Positions 1-10,179 of a stretch of DNA of 63,760 nucleotides are shown one piece after another (position 1 is the stretch's first letter; each line of letters opens with the position of its first letter). Location: positions 1 through 63,760 of the forward strand of contig JAFGOT010000006.1 in NCBI GenBank assembly GCA_016926395.1, written 5' to 3'. The notes under the pieces were generated by a model. The model did not search any database and had not been told where the DNA came from. It saw only the letters and a program-made list of their open reading frames with translations. This DNA comes from Candidatus Woesearchaeota archaeon (GTDB lineage Archaea > Nanobdellota > Nanobdellia > Woesearchaeales > SKGA01). The position numbers and the translations under genes are program-made.

Positions 1-99
1 GCAACAAAAGATGAAATTAATTTTGCAATAAAAGATGCTTTTGAAAAAGAAGGTATTGAATTTGCATTCCCAACACAAACTATTCACGTTAAAAAATAA
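1..99 (+). CDS. 3' end of a gene cut by the window start; tail resembles MscS-family mechanosensitive channel C-termini
   Basis: Frame 1 is open from base 1 to TAA at 97-99 (ATKDEINFAIKDAFEKEGIEFAFPTQTIHVKK*). The GIEFAFPTQ..H ending resembles the end of MscS-like channels. Only 32 residues are visible. Confidence 0.35.
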   Translation, partial: ATKDEINFAIKDAFEKEGIEFAFPTQTIHVKK

Positions 100-190
100 A
101 CTTTGTTTGGTTTGTAGTTTTATTTTTTTATTTTTTCTACATTTTTACACATGATTAAGGTGTTTTTCTCTTCTATAATAGTAACAAATC

Positions 191-198
191 TTTATAAA
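191..198 (+). promoter_or_regulatory. TATA-box-like TTTATAAA upstream of the ppsA leader
   Basis: Exact TTTATAAA, the same octamer seen about 26 nt upstream of other transcript or CDS starts in this window (8143, 11731). It predicts a TSS near 222-226, about 155 nt upstream of the ppsA ATG. Confidence 0.35.
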
Positions 199-223
199 CC
201 TTCGAATTAGTTTTTTTTCTATT

Positions 224-340
224 AGAACCTGGGGAAAACGTCTAAAAAATTATTTTTTAGATGCCATGCGATTTTGCGTGGGAGGTTGAGTTGAAAAAAC
301 TGAAAAACAAACATTTGTTTACAGTTAGACTTCGGGTTCT
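224..340 (+). ncRNA. candidate structured 5' leader or small RNA upstream of ppsA (unclassified)
   Basis: Closing helix AGAACCUGGGG (224-234) pairs with CUUCGGGUUCU (330-340), with G-U pairs. It encloses three hairpins: 240-249/253-262, 264-270/275-281 and about 297-326. The element starts where the TATA box at 191-198 predicts the TSS. Confidence 0.3.
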
Positions 341-378
341 TTCATAATCACAGGTACGGTAAAAAAGAGGTTGTTTTA

Positions 379-2796
379 ATGGATAAAAACAGTGCATTTA
401 TTCTATGGTTTGATCAAGTAGGGATTGAAGATGTTCCATTAGTGGGAGGAAAAAACGCGTCACTTGGCGAGATGTATACAAATTTAACATCAAAAGGCGT
501 GAGAGTACCAAACGGTTTTGCGATTACAGCATATGCATATCATTATTTATTGGATCATGCAGGAATACGAGATGAAATAAAACGTATTTTATCTGATCTT
601 GATACTGGAGATATGAAAAATCTTTCTGAGCGAGGAAAAAAAGTACGAGATTTAATCAAACAAGCAAGTTTCCCTCCAGAATTAACTCAAGCAATAATTG
701 AAGCTTATGGACACTTATCTATTCAATATGGCGACAACTGTGATGTTGCAGTAAGAAGTAGTGCTACTGCTGAAGACTTGCCCGATGCGAGTTTTGCAGG
801 TCAACAAGAAACGTACCTTAACATAACAGGAAATGATGAATTAATAATGGCTTGTAAAAGATGTTTTGCAAGTTTATTTACTGATAGAGCAATAAGTTAT
901 CGAGTTGACAAAAAATTTGATCATTTCTCAATTGGTTTATCCATTGCCGTGCAAAAAATGGTGCGAAGTGATAAAGCAACAAGTGGCGTGATGTTTAGTA
1001 TTGATACGGAATCAGGATTTGAAGACGTTGTATTTGTAACAGGTGCTTATGGTCTTGGAGAAAATGTAGTTCAAGGAGCAGTAAATCCTGATGAATTTTA
1101 TGTTTTCAAACCAACGTTAGCACAAGGGTATAGAAGTATTATTTCTAAAAAAATCGGTTCTAAAGCAATAAAAATGATTTATGACATTGGCGGTTCAAGA
1201 CCTGTCAAAAATGTTGATGTTGATGTTGCGGACAGAAAAAGATTCTGTTTATCTGATGATGAAGTATTAACTTTAGCAAGATGGTCTGTTATAATTGAAG
1301 AACATTATTCTCAAAAAGCAGGAAAACACAAACCTATGGATATGGAATGGGCAAAAGATGGTGTTTCAGGAGAATTGTTTATTGTTCAAGCTAGACCCGA
1401 AACAGTACAATCTCAAAAAGATTCTAACGTTCTAAAAACTTACAAACTAACCCAAAAAGGAAATGCTTTAGTTGAAGGAAGAAGTGTAGGACAAAAAATA
1501 GGGGCAGGTCCTGTTAGAGTAATTAGAGATGTTCATAATATTCACGAATTTCAAAAAGGAGATATTCTTGTAACTGAAATGACTGATCCTGACTGGGAAC
1601 CAATAATGAAAATAGCGAGTGCAATCGTTACTAACCGAGGTGGACGAACATGTCATGCAGCAATCATTTCAAGAGAACTTGGAATACCTTGTGTTGTTGG
1701 AACTGAAAACGGAACTGAAAAATTACAAAATGGACAACGAGTAACTGTTGATTGTAGTAGTGGTGATGTAGGTTATGTTTTTGAAGGTCACTTAACCTAT
1801 AATATCGAAGAAGTTAAACTTGACAATTTACCAAAAACAAAAACAAAAATAATGATGAATGTTGGAAACCCAGAACTAGCTTTTGAGGAAAGTTTTATTC
1901 CAAATGAAGGAGTTGGGCTTGCACGTGAAGAGTTCATAATAAACTCTTATATTCAAATTCATCCGTTAGCACTCTTGCATTTTGATCAAATAAAAGATTC
2001 TGCTACGCGAAAGCAAATCGAAGAATTAACTGCAGGATATACTGATAAAGCATATTACTTTATTGAACGATTAGCACATGGCATTGCAAAAATTGCAGCA
2101 GCTTATTATCCAAAACCAGTAATACTAAGATTAAGTGATTTCAAAACTAATGAGTATGCAAATTTAATTGGTGGAAAAGAGTTTGAACCAAGAGAAGACA
2201 ATCCGATGATTGGATGGCGTGGTGCATCTCGATATTATAGAGGAAACTATGTAGAAGGATTCGCACTTGAATGTCAAGCAATACTAAAAGTAAGAAACGA
2301 ATATGGTTTGAAAAACTTAGAAGTTATGGTTCCATTTTGTAGAACCGTACAAGAAGCACATGATGTTATTAATGAAATGTCAAAGAATGGTCTTCGAAAA
2401 GGAGAAAACGGACTTAGAGTTATTGGAATGTGTGAAATTCCTTCAAACGTTATATTAGCAGATCAGTTCTTAGATGTATTTGATGGGTTTAGTATCGGAA
2501 GCAACGATTTAACTCAACTAACACTTGGACTTGATAGAGATTCGGAAATCGTAAGTCATCTGTATGATGAACGAAATGATGCAGTAAAGACTCTAATCAA
2601 ACAAGTAGTTGATGTTGCTAATAGAAAAGGAAAATATATTGGAATCTGTGGTCAAGCACCATCTGATTATGAAGACTTTGCAACTTTCCTAGTTGAATGC
2701 GGAATACAATCAATGAGTCTGAATCCAGATACAGTAATTAAGACAACATTAAAGATTGCAGAAAAAGAACAACAATTAGGAATACATCCAAATTAG
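379..2796 (+). CDS. ppsA: phosphoenolpyruvate synthase (pyruvate, water dikinase)
   Basis: 805-aa ORF. Phosphohistidine swivel motif GGRTCHAAIISRELGIPCVVG. C-terminal PEP-utilising barrel motifs (GMCEIPSNV, SIGSNDLTQLTLG). Length is typical of PpsA. Confidence 0.95.
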   Translation: MDKNSAFILWFDQVGIEDVPLVGGKNASLGEMYTNLTSKGVRVPNGFAITAYAYHYLLDHAGIRDEIKRILSDLDTGDMKNLSERGKKVRDLIKQASFPPELTQAIIEAYGHLSIQYGDNCDVAVRSSATAEDLPDASFAGQQETYLNITGNDELIMACKRCFASLFTDRAISYRVDKKFDHFSIGLSIAVQKMVRSDKATSGVMFSIDTESGFEDVVFVTGAYGLGENVVQGAVNPDEFYVFKPTLAQGYRSIISKKIGSKAIKMIYDIGGSRPVKNVDVDVADRKRFCLSDDEVLTLARWSVIIEEHYSQKAGKHKPMDMEWAKDGVSGELFIVQARPETVQSQKDSNVLKTYKLTQKGNALVEGRSVGQKIGAGPVRVIRDVHNIHEFQKGDILVTEMTDPDWEPIMKIASAIVTNRGGRTCHAAIISRELGIPCVVGTENGTEKLQNGQRVTVDCSSGDVGYVFEGHLTYNIEEVKLDNLPKTKTKIMMNVGNPELAFEESFIPNEGVGLAREEFIINSYIQIHPLALLHFDQIKDSATRKQIEELTAGYTDKAYYFIERLAHGIAKIAAAYYPKPVILRLSDFKTNEYANLIGGKEFEPREDNPMIGWRGASRYYRGNYVEGFALECQAILKVRNEYGLKNLEVMVPFCRTVQEAHDVINEMSKNGLRKGENGLRVIGMCEIPSNVILADQFLDVFDGFSIGSNDLTQLTLGLDRDSEIVSHLYDERNDAVKTLIKQVVDVANRKGKYIGICGQAPSDYEDFATFLVECGIQSMSLNPDTVIKTTLKIAEKEQQLGIHPN

Positions 2797-2806
2797 GTGA
2801 ATTAAA

Positions 2807-3103
2807 ATGCAATGCGAGAAAGAAAAAAGTGTTTTTTTAACAATACCAACTACTTTAGCAGGAATTGCTTTAGTAATAATTATCTTTGTACTGTTATTAG
2901 GTGATGGTGCGGAAAGTATAATTCATTCGACAATCTGGGGATTTGTTGTTCTTGGATTTTTTTCACTGCTATTTGCTTATTTGGTAGAAATAAAAAAAGC
3001 AGCACTTGGAATTAAAGAAATAACTACTGCAATTGAATCTCCAAAAAGATCTATCGGTGTTGTTAGAAAAACTGCAAGAAAAGCTTCCAAAAAGAAAAAA
3101 TAA
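2807..3103 (+). CDS. small two-TM membrane protein with Lys-rich C-terminal tail
   Basis: 98-aa ORF 10 nt after ppsA. Two hydrophobic helices, then VVRKTARKASKKKK. No recognisable family. Confidence 0.5.
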   Translation: MQCEKEKSVFLTIPTTLAGIALVIIIFVLLLGDGAESIIHSTIWGFVVLGFFSLLFAYLVEIKKAALGIKEITTAIESPKRSIGVVRKTARKASKKKK

Positions 3104-3233
3104 TTTTTATTTGATTTTATTTTTTGTTAAAGAGGGTGTTTATATGGTTCGAGTGGCAATAAAGGTTCTCAATAATCCAAGAATTATTGGCTCCATTTAT
3201 TTCAGTCTTCCTGTTAATTAATTTGAAAGGTGA

Positions 3234-4229
<996 letters not shown>

Positions 4230-4238
4230 GAGATAAAA

Positions 4239-4577
4239 ATGGCATTAAAATTCAAAGTAGCACCGCTGTCTGGAACATTTATGATAACATCGATTTTAGG
4301 TTTTCTAATATCGACGATGTATTTAATGGGAATTCCTGGAGCTGAAAGTTATGCCTTTGCATTAGCTTTGTTATTTGGAATAATGTTCATAGCTTCAGTG
4401 ATAAGTATGACTTATGCACCAGTAGAAGCAGAACTTGCTATTGATGAGTCTTATGAAATCAGAAGTGCAAGAAAAAAAACTTTACATCCTGCAAAAGGCA
4501 CTCGAAAAGAAGTCGTAAAAGGAGCACTGAAAAATTCCACTAAAGTAATAAAAAAGAAGGTTGGTGGAAAAAAGTGA
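4239..4577 (+). CDS. small membrane protein with Lys-rich tail
   Basis: 112-aa ORF. Two hydrophobic helices, then a basic tail (KGTRKEVVKGALKNSTKVIKKKVGGKK). Overlaps the next ORF by 4 nt (GTGA). Confidence 0.5.
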   Translation: MALKFKVAPLSGTFMITSILGFLISTMYLMGIPGAESYAFALALLFGIMFIASVISMTYAPVEAELAIDESYEIRSARKKTLHPAKGTRKEVVKGALKNSTKVIKKKVGGKK

Positions 4578-5488
4578 ACACTCAAAAAATTTCTCAGTAC
4601 TTTTTTATAATTGCAGCAGTAATTTCTATTCTTGATGGAGCTTTCACACTTGATGAAACAATGAATTCAGTAAAAATAATGTTTTTACTAGTGGCAGGAA
4701 CTTTAGTTGGAATACTACGACATGACGAAAAAGAAAAAGAATTCATATTAGCTGGCGTCGCAGTAATATTTACAGGACTTATCTTTACACAATTAATGGG
4801 AACATATCAAATACTTGAAAATTTTGCTTTAATGATTGTTAATTTTGTGATATTCTTATCAACCGCAGTAATCGTGGTTGGAATTGAAATAATTGCTGAA
4901 ATAGTAGCAATACCTCATAACACTCCTAAAGTGCCAAAAACAATTGAGGAAGTTTCAGAAGAAGAACTAAAAAAACTCGCATTCCAAAAAATTTGGGGAA
5001 CAGTAATTCTTGTTGCTGTTGCTTTGACTTTTATTTTGCTTCTAGCAGAATCATTCTTTGATGTGGGTGCTTTTGAAAATATTATCCTTGTTCTTGACGG
5101 TGCAATAACTGTTTTATTCATTGTTGATTTAATCATATTATACAACGATTCTAAAAATTTTGGTGATTTTGTAAAAAATAATATATTTGACATAATAGCC
5201 TCAATTCCAACTGTTGGTATTCTCCGAGCATTAAAGCTTTTTAGAGCAATAAAAATAATAAAACTAATGAAGATAGCTAAAGTAACAAAGGCAACTAAAT
5301 TCTCCAAACTGTATAAAACTGGCAAGTTCTTTAGCGAAGAAAGCTATTTTAACAAGGTTAATGACGGAAGCTTAGATGCTAAAACAAAAGCTGTTAAAAA
5401 AGCTGTTGTTAAGAAAAAAGTAGCTAAAAAAGCTGTTAAAAAAGCAACCAAAACTTCCAAAAAGACAAACTCTAAAAAGAAACGATGA
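4574..5488 (+). CDS. membrane protein with voltage-sensor-like (S1-S4) domain, no pore domain, AKK-rich tail
   Basis: 304 aa. Four N-terminal TM helices, then S1-S3-like helices (S3-like NIFDIIASIP). The S4-like helix LRALKLFRAIKIIKLMKIAKVTKATK has a basic residue at every third position nine times. No hydrophobic S5-P-S6 follows; the tail is KKAVVKKKVAKKAVKKATKTSKK. Confidence 0.6.
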   Translation: MNTQKISQYFFIIAAVISILDGAFTLDETMNSVKIMFLLVAGTLVGILRHDEKEKEFILAGVAVIFTGLIFTQLMGTYQILENFALMIVNFVIFLSTAVIVVGIEIIAEIVAIPHNTPKVPKTIEEVSEEELKKLAFQKIWGTVILVAVALTFILLLAESFFDVGAFENIILVLDGAITVLFIVDLIILYNDSKNFGDFVKNNIFDIIASIPTVGILRALKLFRAIKIIKLMKIAKVTKATKFSKLYKTGKFFSEESYFNKVNDGSLDAKTKAVKKAVVKKKVAKKAVKKATKTSKKTNSKKKR

Positions 5489-5500
5489 TTATTACTTAAC

Positions 5501-6481
5501 ATGAAGCACACTTCAAAAGTAACTATATTGCTGGTATCTTTTTTCTTATTAACGCAATTCTTAGCATTGTTTTTAGTAAGTGGAGAAGTACAGCCAAATA
5601 TTACTTTAGAAGAAAATCAAACTATTGTATCAATAAATTCTACATTGATAACTGAAGTTCCAGCAAACATATTTGATTGGAAAGCAATAATATATTTAGC
5701 AGTTGGAATAAGTTTAGGAACGGGATTAATACTTTTGCTTAGAAAACTTTCTTTTGGAGGAAAACTTTGGAAAGTATGGTATTTCTTAGCTGTATATGTA
5801 GCAATTAATTTTGCATTGAAACTATTATTTTCCCTAACAAGAATAAGTTTAGCAGCTATAACTCTAATTTCATCAATACTTGCATTAACGCTCGCGTTTT
5901 TAAAAGTAAGAAAATATAATTTTTATATTCACAATATTACTGAAATGCTTATGTATTCAGGAATTGGGACTTTTATTGTTATCTTATTTAATAACAATAT
6001 ATTGTTTGTTTCAATCTTGTTGTTTCTAATTGCTATGTATGATATGATTGCCGTTTGGAAAAGTGGTCATATGATTAAACTTGCAAAATTCACAACTGAC
6101 AATAAATTATTTCCAGGATTTACGATGAATTATGATTCTAAAAAAGGAAATACAAAAATAATAACCAACGATACAAAAATAACTAAAACATCTGAAACAA
6201 AAAATATCAAAAAAAGAACTAGACAAGCAATACTTGGAGGAGGAGATGTAGTATTTCCAATAATCTTTTCAGGCGTGGTTTTAGGATGGCTTTTTAACAA
6301 AGGATTTACTAGAATGCAAAGTTTTGGCTTGAGTTTAATAACAACTGTTTTTGCAGCACTTGCACTTTATCTTTTATTTTATTATAGTAAGAAAGATAAA
6401 TTTTATCCAGCAATGCCTTTTATTGCCTCGGGTTGTTATTTAGGATTAGGAATTCTTTACTTGGTTTTGTTGTTCATATAA
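5501..6481 (+). CDS. presenilin/signal-peptide-peptidase-like intramembrane aspartyl protease (A22 family)
   Basis: 326-aa polytopic membrane protein. Carries the family triad in the expected order: YD (LIAMYDMIAVWKSGHMIKLA), GxGD (AILGGGDVVFP) and a PAL-like motif (FYPAMPF). Confidence 0.8.
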   Translation: MKHTSKVTILLVSFFLLTQFLALFLVSGEVQPNITLEENQTIVSINSTLITEVPANIFDWKAIIYLAVGISLGTGLILLLRKLSFGGKLWKVWYFLAVYVAINFALKLLFSLTRISLAAITLISSILALTLAFLKVRKYNFYIHNITEMLMYSGIGTFIVILFNNNILFVSILLFLIAMYDMIAVWKSGHMIKLAKFTTDNKLFPGFTMNYDSKKGNTKIITNDTKITKTSETKNIKKRTRQAILGGGDVVFPIIFSGVVLGWLFNKGFTRMQSFGLSLITTVFAALALYLLFYYSKKDKFYPAMPFIASGCYLGLGILYLVLLFI

Positions 6482-6506
6482 TTTTAGAAAATAAAAAATG
6501 AAGAGA

Positions 6507-7013
6507 CTAAACTCTTCCTTGACCTTTCATATTTCCTTGATTTCCAGAATTATCACAAAGATCATCTGAATTTGAATCAACAAAATTTGCTTGGTTTAAC
6601 ATTTGACCTGACCCTTTATTCATTCTTCTTCCTTGAGAAACATTTCTATGGCCGGTTCCATCTGCAGGACCAATACCGTTGTTTAATCCAAGTTCAGCTC
6701 TAATTGCATTTGATGTTTCAAAGTCACCAGAAAGAGCCGCATTATGTGCTTGTACAAATAAGTCGAAGTTTTCTTCATTAACTACATCCATTACTCTTCC
6801 TTGAGCACCCGATTGTTCCATTAGGTCTTTCCAAACAGCATAATCGCCAGAGTCAAATGCATCTACTTTTAAGTCGTGCAATGCTGCATCGTAATTTGGG
6901 CCTTGATTGTCAGGGTTACCTTGATATGCACTTACTAATCCTGCTGTTCCAACTAATCCTATTGCTGCGATAGAAAAAGCAGCAAGCGAAATTTTTTTCC
7001 AATTCCATTTCAT
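6507..7013 (-). CDS. secreted or signal-anchored hypothetical protein
   Basis: 168-aa ORF. N-terminal hydrophobic segment (ISLAAFSIAAIGLVGTAGLVSA), then a Gly/Asn/Gln-rich soluble region. No family recognised. Confidence 0.5.
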   Translation of the reverse strand: MKWNWKKISLAAFSIAAIGLVGTAGLVSAYQGNPDNQGPNYDAALHDLKVDAFDSGDYAVWKDLMEQSGAQGRVMDVVNEENFDLFVQAHNAALSGDFETSNAIRAELGLNNGIGPADGTGHRNVSQGRRMNKGSGQMLNQANFVDSNSDDLCDNSGNQGNMKGQGRV

Positions 7014-7117
7014 TTTATTACCTCTAAGTCATTTGACTTACTATTCTAAGAATTGGTTGTTTTATAAGCAAGAAGAAGAGAAAATGTATACTTTAAATCC
7101 TTGTTGTGATGTTTTAA

Positions 7118-7390
7118 TCACAATCCAAATTCATCAATGAAACTTCTCATGTCTTTATATTTTTGCAAATACTTAAATCCCTTATCTGTTAATGTTATAT
7201 ATGTTCGACTTTTATTGTCTGTCTCTTCTCTGATTAGTTCTTTATCTTTTAGTTCTAGTAAATACTGTGCAAAGCTTTGAGATGATAAATTAGAGTAACG
7301 AAGTAATGGTGTTGGTTTAATAGAGTTATTTTTACTTTTAATAATAGATAAAATGTCAAAAATAACTTCTAGCCGACTACGTTTTTTCAT
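7118..7390 (-). CDS. small winged-helix DNA-binding protein (archaeal wHTH, COG3432-like)
   Basis: 90 aa. Pattern ..VIFDILSII...........LLRYSNLSSQSFAQYLLELKDKELIREE....RTYITLTDKGFKYL matches small archaeal wHTH regulators. Its start abuts the stop of the upstream membrane-protein gene. Confidence 0.7.
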   Translation of the reverse strand: MKKRSRLEVIFDILSIIKSKNNSIKPTPLLRYSNLSSQSFAQYLLELKDKELIREETDNKSRTYITLTDKGFKYLQKYKDMRSFIDEFGL

Positions 7391-8065
7391 TTAATTCAAC
7401 TTGCTAACTTTTCTTAAAATTATTGAAAATACAATTATTGATATTATGTGTGGAATAATTATTATTTCATGAGGAATTCTTACTCTAACAGGTATTGTTA
7501 TGAATAAACTCATTAACCATGCTAGAAATAAGAGATAATAGATCCAATACAGTTGTTTTCTTTTTTTTCTGATTCTTTTATTTTGCATGTACATTAATAC
7601 AAATGCAACAATGAACAAAATCAATTCTAAAATCACTAATATTATCATCGCCTGAGAAAGAAAACTAATGATTGATATTGCAAAACTTATAAGACAAATA
7701 TATAGTAAAATGTGTTTCTTATCTTGGAATTTTTTGATAACACTTGATGTTAATGTCATTATGGCTGTCAGACTAAAAAATATAACTAGCGGGGTAAATA
7801 TTAAAAAAGTCATTCCTGGAAACTGATGAAATAAACTAGATAAACTAACTGTTACTCTTGATGTCATCATTAGAAATCGTAGAACATATGCCAAACCAAA
7901 AAATAAAAATGAATATCGAAAAAGACTGATACTTTTTTTCTTTGAAATGGATGCTAATTCTTTAGTCTTAACGAATATGATTATAGCAAGTATGGCTATT
8001 ATGATAGTTGATGTTAGCTCGATACCTAATTGTACAGGATTTATTGGGAAATGTGGTGGTGGCAT
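7391..8065 (-). CDS. polytopic membrane protein, co-transcribed with the wHTH gene
   Basis: 224-aa ORF with about 6-7 hydrophobic helices. No spacer before the downstream wHTH ORF. Divergent from the ABC operon. Confidence 0.55.
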   Translation of the reverse strand: MPPPHFPINPVQLGIELTSTIIIAILAIIIFVKTKELASISKKKSISLFRYSFLFFGLAYVLRFLMMTSRVTVSLSSLFHQFPGMTFLIFTPLVIFFSLTAIMTLTSSVIKKFQDKKHILLYICLISFAISIISFLSQAMIILVILELILFIVAFVLMYMQNKRIRKKRKQLYWIYYLLFLAWLMSLFITIPVRVRIPHEIIIIPHIISIIVFSIILRKVSKLN

Positions 8066-8142
8066 GTTAATTCACATTGAAAGTACTATTTTAATCTTTT
8101 TATAGAAAGTGGACTTAAAATGTATCTTTTGACTTCCTGCTC

Positions 8143-8150
8143 TTTATAAA
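8143..8150 (+). promoter_or_regulatory. TATA box for a leaderless ABC-transporter mRNA
   Basis: TTTATAAA centred about 26 nt upstream of the ATG at 8173. No Shine-Dalgarno sequence in between. Confidence 0.45.
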
Positions 8151-8172
8151 TTACTATTTCTATTTAGAAGTT

Positions 8173-8877
8173 ATGTCAGTTGAAAAACTAGTGACTCTCA
8201 AAGACGTGTGGAAAACATATGTTATGGGAGAAGTTGATGTTCATGCTCTTAGAGGTGTTAGTTTAGATATTAATAGAGGAGATTTTGTAGCAATAATTGG
8301 TGCTTCTGGGAGTGGAAAGTCAACTATGATGAATCTAGTTGGTTGCCTTGACACCCCAACAAAAGGAATTATTGAATTAAAAGGTAAAGATATTAACAAA
8401 CTTTCAGAATCCTCTTTAGCAGTTTTAAGGGGGAAAACAATTGGATTTGTCTTTCAGCAATACAATTTAATTCCCACTTTATCTGCATTTGAAAATGTAT
8501 TATTGCCCTTAGAATTACAAGAAGTAAATGATTCAATTTCAAAAAAACAAGTTCTTAAAACGCTCGACCTAGTTGGGTTATCCGATAAATCACACCACTT
8601 ACCAACGCAACTATCGGGAGGTCAACAACAAAGAGTTTCAATTGCCAGATGCTTAGTAGCGAACCCTGAGATAATTTTAGCCGACGAACCAACGGGTGCG
8701 CTTGATAGTAAAACTGGAAAAGAAATTCTTGACCTCTTGGTGCGTTTGTGGAAAGATGAAGGTAAAACAGTAATTATGGTTACTCACGATCTTAGTCTTG
8801 CTAAACTAGCTAACACTCAAATTGAATTGAAAGATGGCAAGATATACTCGATTAAAACAAATTTAAAGGTGAAATAA
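8173..8877 (+). CDS. ABC transporter ATP-binding protein (MacB/LolD-like)
   Basis: 234 aa. Walker A GASGSGKST, Q-loop, signature LSGGQQQRV, Walker B ILADEPT, H-loop VTHD. Confidence 0.95.
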   Translation: MSVEKLVTLKDVWKTYVMGEVDVHALRGVSLDINRGDFVAIIGASGSGKSTMMNLVGCLDTPTKGIIELKGKDINKLSESSLAVLRGKTIGFVFQQYNLIPTLSAFENVLLPLELQEVNDSISKKQVLKTLDLVGLSDKSHHLPTQLSGGQQQRVSIARCLVANPEIILADEPTGALDSKTGKEILDLLVRLWKDEGKTVIMVTHDLSLAKLANTQIELKDGKIYSIKTNLKVK

Positions 8878-8878
8878 A

Positions 8879-10162
8879 ATGAAAAAATTATTTAGTATAC
8901 TTATGGTTTTAACTTTTTTGTTAGTGTCAACGATGTCTGTTTCTGCAGCAACACCAACTTCTGATATTAGGCTGAGTTTAATAAATCAAAATCCTTATCC
9001 TGCTACAGCAGGAGATGTTGTTGAAGTTAGGATTGGTGTGGAAAATTATGGTGATACAGTTAAGAACTTAAATGTGCAATTACTTGACGAGTATCCTTTC
9101 ACAATAATATCTGAAGATACACAAACTATTGCCACTGTTAATTCTTATCAAGAAGGTGATTCAAAAGAAATTTTAACATATAAAATAAAAATAGATGATG
9201 ATGCCCCTTCTGGTACTCAAGACTTAATGATTCGTTATTCTGATTCCACATCTAATATTATTACACAAACATCTATTCCGATAGAAGTTAGTTCTTCAGA
9301 TAAAGCAGAAGTAATCCATATAGATAAAACTGTTTTAATTCCTGGAAAAGAAACAGAATTAACTTTTAGAATTACTAATACCGGGAAATCTTCCTTAAAA
9401 GATTTAACTTTTAGTTTTGATAATCCTGACAAAGCTATTCTTCCTGTTGGAAGTGATAATAGTCGTTACATTAATTTAATTCCTGCTGGTGGGAGTGAAG
9501 AAATAACTTATACTGTTATTGCAGACACAAATGTCGATCCAGGACTTTATGAATTAAATCTTAATCTAAAATATAGTGATCAATATGGAACTTCTAATAC
9601 AAAGACAACTACAGCAGGTGTTTACGTTGGAGGTGAAACAACTTTTTCATTAGCAGTCTCAGATACTTCATCTAATAGCCTAACATTTTCAGTAGCTAAT
9701 ATAGGAAGTAATCCTGCTTATTCTGTATTGGTGGTTTTGCCAAAACAAGACGGGGTAAGTTTTTCTGGAGCCAACTCTCAAATAATTGGTAACTTAGATA
9801 ATGGGGATTATACTTTGGCTTCTTTTGATGCGTCAACAACATCAAATTATGTTAATTTAGAAATCAGTTATACTGATACGCGAGGGGAAAGAATAACTTC
9901 CGTAGAGAAAGTTGAATTGGTTTCATCTACAAATTCTTTTGGTAGCAAGACATCATCTAACGATGGAACATCAAATAACTCTGATTTTTCACAGAGAAGA
10001 CCAGGAAATCCTATGATGGCACTATCTAATCCTCAACCAAGTTCTGCATTCGGAACAACACTAAAAATAACAGGCTTAGTAATAATTCTGGTTATTGGTG
10101 GGTTTGTTGGTTATAAAAGATACAAAAGAAAGAATTCTAAAAACAAAAAAAGAATTCAATAA
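8879..10162 (+). CDS. surface protein with CARDB/COG1361-like beta-sandwich repeats and C-terminal TM anchor
   Basis: 427 aa. Signal peptide (LLVSTMSVSAA). Repeated segments of the type NP.PATAGDVVEVRIGVENYGD....L.V.L...YPF. Ser/Thr/Asn-rich stalk, C-terminal TM helix plus KRYKRKNSKNKKR. Sits between the ATPase and FtsX permease genes. Confidence 0.6.
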   Translation: MKKLFSILMVLTFLLVSTMSVSAATPTSDIRLSLINQNPYPATAGDVVEVRIGVENYGDTVKNLNVQLLDEYPFTIISEDTQTIATVNSYQEGDSKEILTYKIKIDDDAPSGTQDLMIRYSDSTSNIITQTSIPIEVSSSDKAEVIHIDKTVLIPGKETELTFRITNTGKSSLKDLTFSFDNPDKAILPVGSDNSRYINLIPAGGSEEITYTVIADTNVDPGLYELNLNLKYSDQYGTSNTKTTTAGVYVGGETTFSLAVSDTSSNSLTFSVANIGSNPAYSVLVVLPKQDGVSFSGANSQIIGNLDNGDYTLASFDASTTSNYVNLEISYTDTRGERITSVEKVELVSSTNSFGSKTSSNDGTSNNSDFSQRRPGNPMMALSNPQPSSAFGTTLKITGLVIILVIGGFVGYKRYKRKNSKNKKRIQ

Positions 10163-10179
10163 TTATTGTTGGTTGAAAA

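Noticed and set aside
3033-3221. 62-aa ORF overlapping the tail of ORF 2807-3103
   Set aside because: Its first half overlaps the Lys-rich tail of the preceding gene in another frame. Only its last 26 codons, the duplicated gap start, appear meaningful, and these are reported as a finding.
5385-5470. Repetitive GCTAAAAAAGCT-type DNA here and at 39420-39560, checked as a possible CRISPR or tandem-repeat locus
   Set aside because: The repeats are in frame within ORFs and encode AKK low-complexity tails. There is no repeat-spacer structure. No CRISPR array was seen anywhere in the window.
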